Below, one piece after another: positions 1-7,961 of a stretch of 64,000 bases of DNA; the first letter of the stretch is position 1, and every line of letters begins with the position of its first letter. Source of the stretch: Chloroflexota bacterium (lineage in GTDB: Bacteria > Desulfobacterota > Binatia > UBA9968). The notes beneath the pieces were generated by a model. That model made no database searches, was not told the origin of the DNA, and saw nothing but the letters and a program-made list of their open reading frames with translations. Where the stretch lies: NCBI GenBank assembly GCA_050257635.1, contig JBLMXG010000344.1, positions 9,190 to 73,189 of the forward strand, read 5' to 3'. The position numbers were made by a program, and so were the translations under genes.

Positions 1-684
1 TTCCGCCATATGCTGAATCGCGGTATCGAGCGTCAGGTGAATGTCGCTGCCGGGTGGAATATGCAAACCTTCGACCCCTTGAACCAATACCCGCCGCCCC
101 AGAGCATCCCGCTCGGTCACCGATGACCCGGTTTCGCCACGGATATAATCGTTGTATTTGAGTTCTAGACCTTCGAGTCCCTCGGAATCACGGCCGACAA
201 AACCGATCAGCTGACCGGCTAATTGGCCCTGAGGATAATAGCGATTGGGCTCATAAAACATTCCGATACCGTCCGCGTTCAGAGCCTGAATTCTTTCCGC
301 TTCTGCCGAAGAGACCTGCCTTTTGATCCAAACAAAAGGCTTTTCCGCAGTAATTTTTTCCTTGACCTCGGCTACCCGTAACTTGAGTATTTGCGCCAGG
401 CTTTGACTGAGATGATCGGCGTCGCGAATGCGGTGGGGGCGCGCGTAAACCGACTGGGATTCCATACTCAACGCCAACGGTTCACCGGTGCGGTCGACCA
501 ACGCGCCGCGCTTGGGCAGGACAATCCATTCTTTAAGATGCTGTCGTTGCCCTAGCCTCATGAGCTTGTCGCCCTGCAAAAGCTGCAATTGCACGGCGCG
601 CCCGCCAATAATCAAGAATAGCGCTAAAAATAACGCCTTGGCGACGATGAGGCGGCGCTGATTACGGCGGAAAGGACGTCTCAT
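1..684 (-). CDS. ftsI: Peptidoglycan D,D-transpeptidase FtsI/PBP3 family, N-terminal 228 codons only (gene continues past the left edge)
   Basis: Open-ended, so absent from ORF track. Own translation of minus strand from ATG 682-684 gives MRRPFRRNQRRLIVAKALFLALFLIIGGRAVQLQLLQGDKL...GQLIGFVGRDSEGLEGLELKYNDYIRGETG, i.e. a TM anchor plus PBP dimerisation-type domain. The ATG overlaps the ftsL stop (ATGA). Follows ftsL as in dcw clusters. Confidence 0.8.
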   Translation of the reverse strand, partial: MRRPFRRNQRRLIVAKALFLALFLIIGGRAVQLQLLQGDKLMRLGQRQHLKEWIVLPKRGALVDRTGEPLALSMESQSVYARPHRIRDADHLSQSLAQILKLRVAEVKEKITAEKPFVWIKRQVSSAEAERIQALNADGIGMFYEPNRYYPQGQLAGQLIGFVGRDSEGLEGLELKYNDYIRGETGSSVTERDALGRRVLVQGVEGLHIPPGSDIHLTLDTAIQHMAE

Positions 685-1058
685 GGTAAGACAATAACCT
701 GGCCCTTCTCCGGCGGCCTGAGACCCAAACGGCGTCGCGCCAGCGATTCCAGGCGATCCGGTGAAGTTATGGTAGCCAATTCGATTTTCAGCTCTCGGTT
801 TTCCTGCTCCAGCCGGCTCTGCAACTTACTGCTGGTCGACAGCACGTAGCCCAAATGAACTACCTGCAAACGTAACCAGACGTGAACCAAAACCAGGCCG
901 ATCAATACCAAAACCAGGAAAGCAGTTAATACAAATCGCCAGCGCCGCTCGACGCGTAGATTTCGCCCCGGTTTTTCCGATTTGGCGGCGGTAAGTTTGC
1001 GCGATTGCGCGCTGACAGCTGGGACCATGAAAAATTCTCTAAATTCGCTCAACCACAC
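681..1058 (-). CDS. ftsL: Cell division protein FtsL
   Basis: 125-aa ORF with a single TM helix (FVLTAFLVLVLIGLVLVHVWL) followed by a coiled coil (SKLQSRLEQENRELKIELA). Lies between rsmH and ftsI. The track start at 1058 is GTG and overlaps the rsmH end; ATG at 1028 is an alternative start. Confidence 0.7.
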   Translation of the reverse strand: MWLSEFREFFMVPAVSAQSRKLTAAKSEKPGRNLRVERRWRFVLTAFLVLVLIGLVLVHVWLRLQVVHLGYVLSTSSKLQSRLEQENRELKIELATITSPDRLESLARRRLGLRPPEKGQVIVLP

Positions 1059-1965
1059 GCAGCTTCGCCGAACGGGCGCGTGGGTTTGCGGCTAGTTCGC
1101 CAGCGGATGGGGCAATTGGTTTTTTCGTTACCGGCCGCACTTTTTGACTCCAGCCGCATTGACAGCGTAGGGCGCGTGGCGGGCAGAGACAGGCGCGGCT
1201 CCATTTCCTGAAGGCCGTCTTCACGATCCGATCCTCCAGGGAGTGGAACGAAATGACGGCCATTCGTCCGCCGGGCCATAAGGCTTCATATCCGCTGGCA
1301 AAAAAACTTTCGAGTTGCTCCAGCTCCTGATTCACCGCCATGCGCAGCGCTTGGAAAACCTGCGTCGCCGGGTGATGATCGCGCCGGCCACGGCCTTTGA
1401 CATGCTCGATAACACGAACCAAGTCACCGGTCGTCCGTATCGGCTTTTCCTCGCGCGCGGCGACGATCGCCTGGGCGATCCAGCGCGCTCGCGGCTCCTC
1501 GCCGTAGTCGCGGAAAACCCGCTCCAGCTCGGCGGCGGACCGCGAGTTAAGAATGCCTTGGGCATCGAGCGATTGGCGACGATCCATGCGCATGTCAAGC
1601 CTGGCGAGCGAGCGAAAGCTGAAGCCTCTTTCAGCAGAGTCGATCTGATGGGATGATATACCCAAGTCCAAAACAACACCGTCGACCCGGCCCCAGCCGA
1701 CCTCGGCCAAAATTTCTCTCGCGTTCGCGAAGCTCGCCTGGCGCCCGATGAAACGGTGGCCGAATCGCTGCAACCTCTGGCTGGCCGCGGCGATTGCCTC
1801 GTCATCCCGGTCCAATCCTAAAACCCGACCGTCCGGACTGCTCTCGATGAGAATTTTCTCGCTGTGACCTCCCCCGCCCACGGTGCCGTCGAGGTACAAC
1901 TTGCCGGGCGCGGGGCGAAGCGCTTCGACCACCTCCTGAACCAGCACGGGTACATGTACGAACAC
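1039..1965 (-). CDS. rsmH: 16S rRNA (cytosine1402-N4)-methyltransferase RsmH (MraW)
   Basis: 308-aa ORF with RsmH-typical motifs DGTVGGGGHSE, VLDLGISSHQID and SFHSLEDRIVK. dcw-cluster position. GTG start lies 3 nt after the upstream STAS stop. Confidence 0.9.
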   Translation of the reverse strand: MFVHVPVLVQEVVEALRPAPGKLYLDGTVGGGGHSEKILIESSPDGRVLGLDRDDEAIAAASQRLQRFGHRFIGRQASFANAREILAEVGWGRVDGVVLDLGISSHQIDSAERGFSFRSLARLDMRMDRRQSLDAQGILNSRSAAELERVFRDYGEEPRARWIAQAIVAAREEKPIRTTGDLVRVIEHVKGRGRRDHHPATQVFQALRMAVNQELEQLESFFASGYEALWPGGRMAVISFHSLEDRIVKTAFRKWSRACLCPPRALRCQCGWSQKVRPVTKKPIAPSAGELAANPRARSAKLRVVERI

Positions 1966-1968
1966 CGC

Positions 1969-2331
1969 TCAGTGACTCGTTCCGTCACCCTCCCAGTCGT
2001 CATCGAAACTCTCAATGGCGTCTTCGAGTGAAGTGTAGTCCTCGAAGAATCGATCCATACCGACAACTTTGAAAATATCGCGCAGGAAAGGGCTCATTCC
2101 CGCGAGCTTTAAATCCCCGTTGAGGTTGCGCAAGAGCTTCAACCGTTCCAACAAAACGCCGATGCTCAGATAATTGATGTGATCCACCGATTTCAGATTA
2201 AGGACAACTTTGATCCGTTCTTTTTCGATCAGCGAACCGATCGTGTCTTTGATACGAATCATCTCACGAAAATCGATATCGCCGGTGACATCGATCACCG
2301 AAATATCTTGAATAGGTTTTCGTGCCAGCAT
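1969..2331 (-). CDS. STAS-domain protein (anti-sigma-factor-antagonist / SpoIIAA-like)
   Basis: 120-aa ORF with a STAS-like pattern: VIDVTGDIDFRE..VVLNLKSVDHINYLSIGVLLERL..LKLAGMSPFLRDIFKVVGMDRFF. Acidic C-terminal tail. Wedged between mraZ (42-nt gap) and rsmH (3-nt gap). Confidence 0.7.
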   Translation of the reverse strand: MLARKPIQDISVIDVTGDIDFREMIRIKDTIGSLIEKERIKVVLNLKSVDHINYLSIGVLLERLKLLRNLNGDLKLAGMSPFLRDIFKVVGMDRFFEDYTSLEDAIESFDDDWEGDGTSH

Positions 2332-2373
2332 TCGTTCTTCTCCTTTCGCCGACGCAGCCGCGCCCTCCTGCTC

Positions 2374-2826
2374 CTAGAGCCCCAAGTCACCGAGGAAATC
2401 CGGGTCCTGCATGATTTTATCTTCCGCCTCACCGAAGATTTTCTTCCACGCCTCACGGTCCAGCACGCGAAACTTCTCCAGCGCCGAAACCAGCACGACA
2501 TCGCGCTTGAGATCGGCGTACTTTCTGAGTCCTGGTGGAATAAGAATGCGGCCGTGGGTATCCAAGCTGCACTCAAAGGCGGACCCGAGATAGTAGTTTT
2601 GAAACTTGACCATGCGCGGGTCGAACTTGGGTTTCTTGCGAACTTCCTCTTCGAAAGTTAGCCACGCGTCGATCGGATAGACATCGAGGCAACGCTGCCC
2701 ATCGATAACGAAATTCGTCATCACGACTCGCGCATCGCCTTTGCCAACCAGTACGTCGCGGAATTTCGCCGGGATGCTCAGCCGCCCCTTGGCATCAAGG
2801 GTATGCTCAAAGCTGCCACGAAACAT
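2374..2826 (-). CDS. mraZ: Transcriptional regulator MraZ
   Basis: 150-aa ORF. N-terminus MFRGSFEHTLDAKGRLSIPAKFR and a second half DTHGRILIPPGLR form the duplicated SpoVT/AbrB-type MraZ repeats. First gene of the dcw cluster. Confidence 0.92.
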   Translation of the reverse strand: MFRGSFEHTLDAKGRLSIPAKFRDVLVGKGDARVVMTNFVIDGQRCLDVYPIDAWLTFEEEVRKKPKFDPRMVKFQNYYLGSAFECSLDTHGRILIPPGLRKYADLKRDVVLVSALEKFRVLDREAWKKIFGEAEDKIMQDPDFLGDLGL

Positions 2827-2865
2827 GGTTTCCGACCGTCAGCGATAAGTATGCTTCCCTTTTGT

Positions 2866-2890
2866 CCCACTTGTTCCCACAGCTGGACAC
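2866..2890 (-). promoter_or_regulatory. Candidate MraZ operator: three direct repeats at 10-bp spacing (GTGTC-N5-GTGGG-N5-GTGGG on the minus strand)
   Basis: Plus strand shows cccac at 2866-2870 and 2876-2880, and gacac at 2886-2890. This is the same architecture as the GTGGG/TGGGN repeats with 5-nt spacers described for the E. coli MraZ operator. Lies 40-65 nt upstream of the mraZ ATG and overlaps the -10 box. Confidence 0.6.
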
Positions 2891-2918
2891 TTATAACTTG
2901 CTCGCACTAAGCTGTCAA
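2890..2918 (-). promoter_or_regulatory. Sigma70-type promoter of the dcw cluster (TTGACA-17 nt-TATAAG)
   Basis: Minus strand reads TTGACA (2918-2913), a 17-nt spacer, then TATAAG (2895-2890), about 65 nt upstream of the mraZ ATG. Confidence 0.6.
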
Positions 2919-3175
2919 TAAAAAAGATCGGAAATTACAAGGATTTTTGAAGATTTTGAGAGGATCTAATCAACATATCGCCGGGCGGCTGCTCGCTCAC
3001 TACCAGCGGTAGAAAACGGGTGTAAAAACAACCCATGACGTTTTTTACCTGGGAAGCGCACGACACGTCGGTTTAGTTCGAATCAAAAATTGTTGGAAAC
3101 CTTTGTGTCACGCAGTCTCATGAGATGGGAGGCTGTTGGGCCGGGTCAATTTCAGAAAAGGAGAGTGACAGGTAA

Positions 3176-3552
3176 GTGGGCTAAAGTGGATCGATAAGCC
3201 GGATTCTGTGATGGCCCGTAGATGGGCCACAGCGATCATTCATCTTGCCCCTAGATTGCTCTAGGGGTCGAGCGACCTTACCCGAGGGCTACGGGCGGAC
3301 TACCCAACCCTCCTATTTGGCCTTGCTCCGGGTGGGGTTTGCCATGCGCCCGCCATTACTGACGAGCCGGTGAGCTCTTACCTCGCCTTTTCAACCTTAC
3401 CGGTCGTATAAACGGCCGGCGGTATATTTTCTGTGGTACTTTCCCCCGATCGCACGGGGCCGTCGTTAACGGCCACCCCGTCCTTTGGAGTCCGGACTTT
3501 CCTCCCTCCGTGTATTCCACGAAGAGCGATCGCTTGATCCACTTTAGCCCGC
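3176..3552 (-). ncRNA. rnpB: RNase P RNA, bacterial type A
   Basis: Reverse complement contains universal blocks GGAGGAAAGUCCGGACUCCAAAGG, GGUAAGAGCUCACCG, AAACCCCACCCGGAGCAAGGCCAAAUAGG, AGAUGAAUGA and ACAGAAUCCGGCUUAUCG, collinear with E. coli M1 RNA. A P1 stem forms between GGGCUAAAGUGGAUC (5') and GAUCCACUUUAGCCC (3'). Ends are +/- a few nt. Confidence 0.96.
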
Positions 3553-3978
3553 AGTTACCCTTTTAGTTGCTTGGTCGATGCCTTGATTGGCTAATCGATC
3601 TGCGAGTCTATTCGATTCGCGACGCACATGAACAATACGATAGGAATCGAACTGACGCAATAAATCCATCGCGCGTTGATATTTCACTTTTAACTTTTCA
3701 TCTTTGACCCGATAGATCCCGTTCAGCTGCCGCACCATCAGCTCAGAATCGCTCTGGACAATGATATTTTTTTGCCCGAGCTGCAGCAGTGTTTCCAGCC
3801 CCATCAATAGACCTTCATATTCGGCAACGTTATTCGTCGACCGACCTAGATAACGGCTCATTTCTTGAACGAGCGTGCCATTTTCATCAAGAATCGCCGC
3901 CCCGCACCCAGCCTCGCCCGGATTACCGCGCGCGGCGCCGTCAACCATCAGGAGCCACTGCTTTATCGATTCCGCCAT
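3544..3978 (-). CDS. rnhA: Ribonuclease HI family protein
   Basis: 144-aa ORF with RNase H type-1 pattern VDGAARGNPGEAGCG..NNVAEYEGLL..VQSDSELMV..ESNRLADRLA (DEDD-type residues in the expected order). Confidence 0.8.
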   Translation of the reverse strand: MAESIKQWLLMVDGAARGNPGEAGCGAAILDENGTLVQEMSRYLGRSTNNVAEYEGLLMGLETLLQLGQKNIIVQSDSELMVRQLNGIYRVKDEKLKVKYQRAMDLLRQFDSYRIVHVRRESNRLADRLANQGIDQATKRVTAG

Positions 3979-4140
3979 ATAAGTTGGGCCTCTTTTGAGT
4001 TAGAAGAAAATCGCCAGCAGGGTCTAAGGGTAAATTTAGCGCCTCGGCATGAGCGCGGTGTGGGATTGCCGATGCCGGGAAAGTTACGCTGCGGTAGGCA
4101 AAGGAATACTTAAACGAATTGCGCCACATCCTCAGTCGGA

Positions 4141-4872
4141 CTACGCCGACTTGAGTTCCGCTTCTCCGGCGGGCTTGACGTAGAGAATCCTTTGACAGCT
4201 TGGGCACAGATGGAGCTTGTCGTTGCGGATAATTTCATTCCATAGCTGCGGTGGAATGTTCATGTAGCAGCCTTGGCAAATTCCCGCGGCAACTTCCACC
4301 ACGGCAACACCGCCGCGACGGGAGAAGATCATCTCGTAACGCGAGATCAAATCACCGTTCACTTGCGAAGCAATGCTCTGGCGACGCGTCAGCGCCTCGG
4401 CAACCGCCGCATCCAGGCTCTGGACTTGGTCCTCCAGCTCTTTCTGTTTTTTTTGCCATTCATCCTGCATCGCGGCCATTTCGGTTTCTTTGGCCTGGAT
4501 TTGCGCCTTGAGGCCGTCGATCTCTTGCATGATTTTGATCAACTCTTCCTCGATCTCGCCGTTGCCTTGGCGCATCTGATCGATCTCTCGTTGCAAAGCT
4601 TGCAGCTCTTTGGCGTTTTTGATGCGGTTCATGCGCATCCGCTTTTCCATCGCCTTCCTGCCTTCGTCTTGAAACAGGCGATCTTTTTCCGCGCGCAATT
4701 TTTCCTTCTCGCCATAGCTCGTGCCCAACACCTCGATCTCGCCTCTCTTTGCCCGGATTTCTTTTTCTTTGGATTCAAGTTCGCTTAGCAAGTTCTGCTT
4801 TCGCCCGGTGTGCTCCTTGATCTCGCGATCGATGGTTTGTAACGCCGCCAAAACTTCAATCTGTGCTTGCAA
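4141..4872 (-). CDS. Coiled-coil protein with C-terminal C4 zinc ribbon (COG1579/DUF164-like)
   Basis: Long heptad-rich coiled coil, then CQGCYMNIP...CPSCQRILY. The track ORF extends to 4917, but that extension runs through a terminator hairpin (4891-4922). I propose a TTG start at 4872 preceded by GGGGGA; the start is uncertain. Confidence 0.65.
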   Translation of the reverse strand: MQAQIEVLAALQTIDREIKEHTGRKQNLLSELESKEKEIRAKRGEIEVLGTSYGEKEKLRAEKDRLFQDEGRKAMEKRMRMNRIKNAKELQALQREIDQMRQGNGEIEEELIKIMQEIDGLKAQIQAKETEMAAMQDEWQKKQKELEDQVQSLDAAVAEALTRRQSIASQVNGDLISRYEMIFSRRGGVAVVEVAAGICQGCYMNIPPQLWNEIIRNDKLHLCPSCQRILYVKPAGEAELKSA

Positions 4873-4890
4873 CTTTGCTTCCCCCGTAGA

Positions 4891-4922
4891 AAAAAAAATG
4901 CACCCCCCTGGGTGCATTTTTT
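4891..4922 (-). terminator. Rho-independent terminator hairpin flanked by A/T runs
   Basis: aaaaaaaaTGCACCC-cct-GGGTGCAtttttt. On the minus strand the stem is followed by a T8 run. Lies about 180 nt downstream of the M48 peptidase stop. Confidence 0.65.
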
Positions 4923-5100
4923 ATGTAAAATGCTGGTGATGAAAAATAATCTTGTTCTTGGCCATTCACTCCAGTTTCAAACCCTTGTTTGATATCTATC
5001 TGGATTTATCACCGTTGTCAAAGCCGTCCGGGCTGTCATTCGCAGGCGCTAAACGAAGTCTGCGGACGTTGCATACACGCCGGATAAAACCGCGATTCAA

Positions 5101-6303
5101 TCAAGGCTGCAAGCGGTAGTTCGGGCGCAACTGCGGGCCCCTAAGCTGGCGGCCGATCGTGGCAGTCGTGCGCATCACGTCGCCGAGCCATGTGTTGAGC
5201 TCGTTCAGCCGAATCCCGCCGTTCGAGCTGATCTCCGACCATGATCGGCCGCGCCGGTAATCATCGGCGATTCGGTTGATCGATCCCTGGCCCAGGCGCC
5301 AAACTCCGCGAAGCGCGGCATATTGACCATAGCCGACTTGCAGTTGCTGGCGCTCTTGAAACACGCTTTGCGGACTGGCTCGGAGTTCATAAGCTATCGC
5401 TTCCGCCACTGCACGCTCGCCGTTCTGCTCTTCGACGAAGCGGTTGATCGCGTCAATGCGTTTCAACAGTTCCCGCTCCGCTTTTGCCGTCGGACTGTCT
5501 AAAGACACCGCCGACGGCAGCAATTCAACTTTCGTATAGCTCGGTTGGTAGTAGCGCAACGCCTCGGGCAGAAACGCGCGGAGTTGCTCGATGCGTGTTT
5601 CATATCCTGGATGGGTCGAAAGAATTTCCGGCGGCGCGTTTTTGCTTCCTTCTTTTTTTTCCATCCGCTGCCATAGATCGAGGGCAGCCCGTGGGTCATA
5701 ACCGGCCTTGGCCATGAGGATAAGACCGATTCGATCGGCCTCGGATTCCTGGGACCGGCTGAATGGCAGCGCTATGCCCACACCCGCGCCGATACCATAA
5801 ACCTGTAAAACCTGGTTCGCGATTGTGGGATTCTTACTCAACGCAACGCCAAGACCGGTGCCAACCACTTGTAATAAAAGATCCTGACTCATCCTTTCCG
5901 CAGGATGACGCGCCAGGGCGTGGGCAACCTCGTGGCCTAAAACGACCGCCAGCCCCGCCTCGTCTCTTGCCGGACCGAAGATACCCGTATAGACGGCAAC
6001 CTTGCCGCCCGGCACAGCGAAGGCGTTGACCGTCTCCGGATCGTTGATGACAGAAAACTCCCAATGGTATGTTGGCTTATCGGCGGCGCGCGCGATGCGT
6101 TCCCCAACCTTTCGAACGATCCGTTCCGCTTCAGCGTCGTGCGTCAAGACGCTGTCTCGCAAGATATGTTTGTAAGCATCGTCACCCAGGGCTATTTCTT
6201 GGCCCTCGGAAACCAAGATCACTTGGCTGCGTCCCGTGTAAGGCGCGGTGGCGCAACCGGCGAGGGAACAAAACGCTAGAATGAATATTAGGAATTTTTT
6301 CAT
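5101..6303 (-). CDS. M48-family zinc metallopeptidase, lipoprotein, with about 150-aa C-terminal extension
   Basis: Lipobox signal MKKFLIFILAFCSLAGC. HExxH zinc motif LGHEVAHALARH plus downstream SQESEADRIG. The C-terminal third has no motif I recognise. Confidence 0.8.
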   Translation of the reverse strand: MKKFLIFILAFCSLAGCATAPYTGRSQVILVSEGQEIALGDDAYKHILRDSVLTHDAEAERIVRKVGERIARAADKPTYHWEFSVINDPETVNAFAVPGGKVAVYTGIFGPARDEAGLAVVLGHEVAHALARHPAERMSQDLLLQVVGTGLGVALSKNPTIANQVLQVYGIGAGVGIALPFSRSQESEADRIGLILMAKAGYDPRAALDLWQRMEKKEGSKNAPPEILSTHPGYETRIEQLRAFLPEALRYYQPSYTKVELLPSAVSLDSPTAKAERELLKRIDAINRFVEEQNGERAVAEAIAYELRASPQSVFQERQQLQVGYGQYAALRGVWRLGQGSINRIADDYRRGRSWSEISSNGGIRLNELNTWLGDVMRTTATIGRQLRGPQLRPNYRLQP

Positions 6304-6443
6304 GATCTCATGTGGCTCGTGTCAGGGCAAATCTCCTCTTCGTCTCGGTCAAGCTTCGCGGAAATACTAACGGGTGGTTTTCTCCCGCGCAAGAAAGCAC
6401 ATCGCGCCGTGCGGCTGATCAAAAGCAGAGAACAGCGCGCCGA

Positions 6444-7841
6444 TCACAGCGCTAATTTGCGCGGGTTTAATATGTTGTTGGGGTCGAGGGTTTTCTTAAT
6501 CTGCCGCATCACTTCCAAGCCGTAGCCATGTTCTTCGGCCATGAGCGGCGCGAGCTTGACACCGACGCCGTGGGTATACTCCATCGACCCGCCCATTTGC
6601 TGGGCTAAGTGGAGCAATGCCTCGACGGTTTCTTCCAAGGTAAGCCGCGCGTTGGGCGTCGTCGCGCTCTCCTCGGCGCTCAAGCGCATGGAAAATAATT
6701 CCGGCTGGACCCACAAACCGCTCTCTTGGAGATCGACACCATGGCGACGCACGATCTCCTGCGCCGCAAGTTTGTAGACGAGCACTTGCGAGGCCGGCAG
6801 CGCGACATGAATCCAATCGCGGCAGATGCCATCCCGGCCGCGCTCGCGGCGCTGGCGGCGATTGCGCATGAAGCGGCGCGCGATGTCATGGCGCGCGAGC
6901 CAGAACTGCTCCGGTCCCTCTCGACCGACGTCTGCGCCACCGCCGGCTAAACAAATCCGTTCAGCCAGTTCCTGCTCAGCCGAAACCAGCTCCTCGGTGC
7001 CCTCGAAAACCAAATAGAGCAACGCTCCTGGTTCGTGCTTGTCCACATCGTCACCGAAGTCGAGCATCGCCGGGCGCAGGCGTGCGGCGAATAGGCTCTG
7101 AATCGCCGTGTAACCGATTTCAAAAGAGGAAAACAGGAAGCCAAGAAATACCCGCGCCGCAGGTCTTGGAAAAATTCGCAGGGTGGCTTCGGTGATGATG
7201 CCGAAACAGCCTTCGGCGCCGATTAGAAGCGCGTTGAGATTCAAGCCGGCCGAATGTTTCGATACCGCGCGCGTGCGCAGCAGCTCGCCGTTGGGCAGGA
7301 CCGCCTGCAGACCTAAAACCTGCTCGCCCATCGAACCGTAAATCCCGGCGCGGTAGCCGACGCTGTTCGTCGAGATCGCGCCTCCGACCGTCGCCACCGG
7401 CACCGTCCAGGGATCGTGGCCGAGGATGAACCCCGCTTCGTTTAATTTCTGGTCCAAAGATTCCAAGACCACACCGGCTTGGACGCGCGCCGCTCGCGCC
7501 ACCGGATCGATTTCGAGAATACGGTCCATGCCGCGCAAGTCGACAGTCACGCAAGGACCGATCGATAGCGCCCCGCCCATGAGTCCCGAGCCGCCGCCGA
7601 ACGGCACCAAAGCGATTTTTTCCTGATTGGCAAAGCGCACGATGCGTTGAACCTCCTCGGCGCTTCGCGGTCGGACTACGCAGAGCGGCGCGCGCACTTC
7701 GGGCTCATGCGCTGGATGGATCCGTCCCTCGCTCAATGCATCCCACGACAGCTCGTCGAGCAGCTCAGGGTCGCGCGAAATATGGGCAGGATCGATCCAG
7801 CTCGAAAGTTTACTGACAATTATCTCCGCGGGGATAGTCAT
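6444..7841 (-). CDS. FAD-binding oxidoreductase (GlcD / D-lactate dehydrogenase-like, FAD-linked oxidase family)
   Basis: 465-aa ORF. FAD_binding_4-like N-terminal half (ALVPFGGGSGLMGGA) and FAD-oxidase C-terminal pattern (HGVGVKLAPLM..DPNNILNPRKL). Confidence 0.75.
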   Translation of the reverse strand: MTIPAEIIVSKLSSWIDPAHISRDPELLDELSWDALSEGRIHPAHEPEVRAPLCVVRPRSAEEVQRIVRFANQEKIALVPFGGGSGLMGGALSIGPCVTVDLRGMDRILEIDPVARAARVQAGVVLESLDQKLNEAGFILGHDPWTVPVATVGGAISTNSVGYRAGIYGSMGEQVLGLQAVLPNGELLRTRAVSKHSAGLNLNALLIGAEGCFGIITEATLRIFPRPAARVFLGFLFSSFEIGYTAIQSLFAARLRPAMLDFGDDVDKHEPGALLYLVFEGTEELVSAEQELAERICLAGGGADVGREGPEQFWLARHDIARRFMRNRRQRRERGRDGICRDWIHVALPASQVLVYKLAAQEIVRRHGVDLQESGLWVQPELFSMRLSAEESATTPNARLTLEETVEALLHLAQQMGGSMEYTHGVGVKLAPLMAEEHGYGLEVMRQIKKTLDPNNILNPRKLAL

Positions 7842-7961
7842 CGCGTTTCTTTCTTCTGGCGCTTCGAGAATGATAGCGTAATCTGTGGGGTCGAGAAAGC
7901 GCGGCGCGGCAGACGGGCACTGGGGAGTCTGCGATGGGACTTCGGGAAGGGCGGCGGCGGA

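Noticed and set aside
7918-7955. ACTGGGGAGTCTGCGATGGGACTTCGGGAAGGG downstream of mgtE, as a fourth copy of the octamer element. A similar weak case, GAGTAGGAGTATGAAGTG, lies at 45563-45585.
   Set aside because: These share only short words (ACTGGGGA, GCGATGGG, TTCGGGA) in a different order and have no ACTCC-rich partner arm. The similarity may be due to chance.
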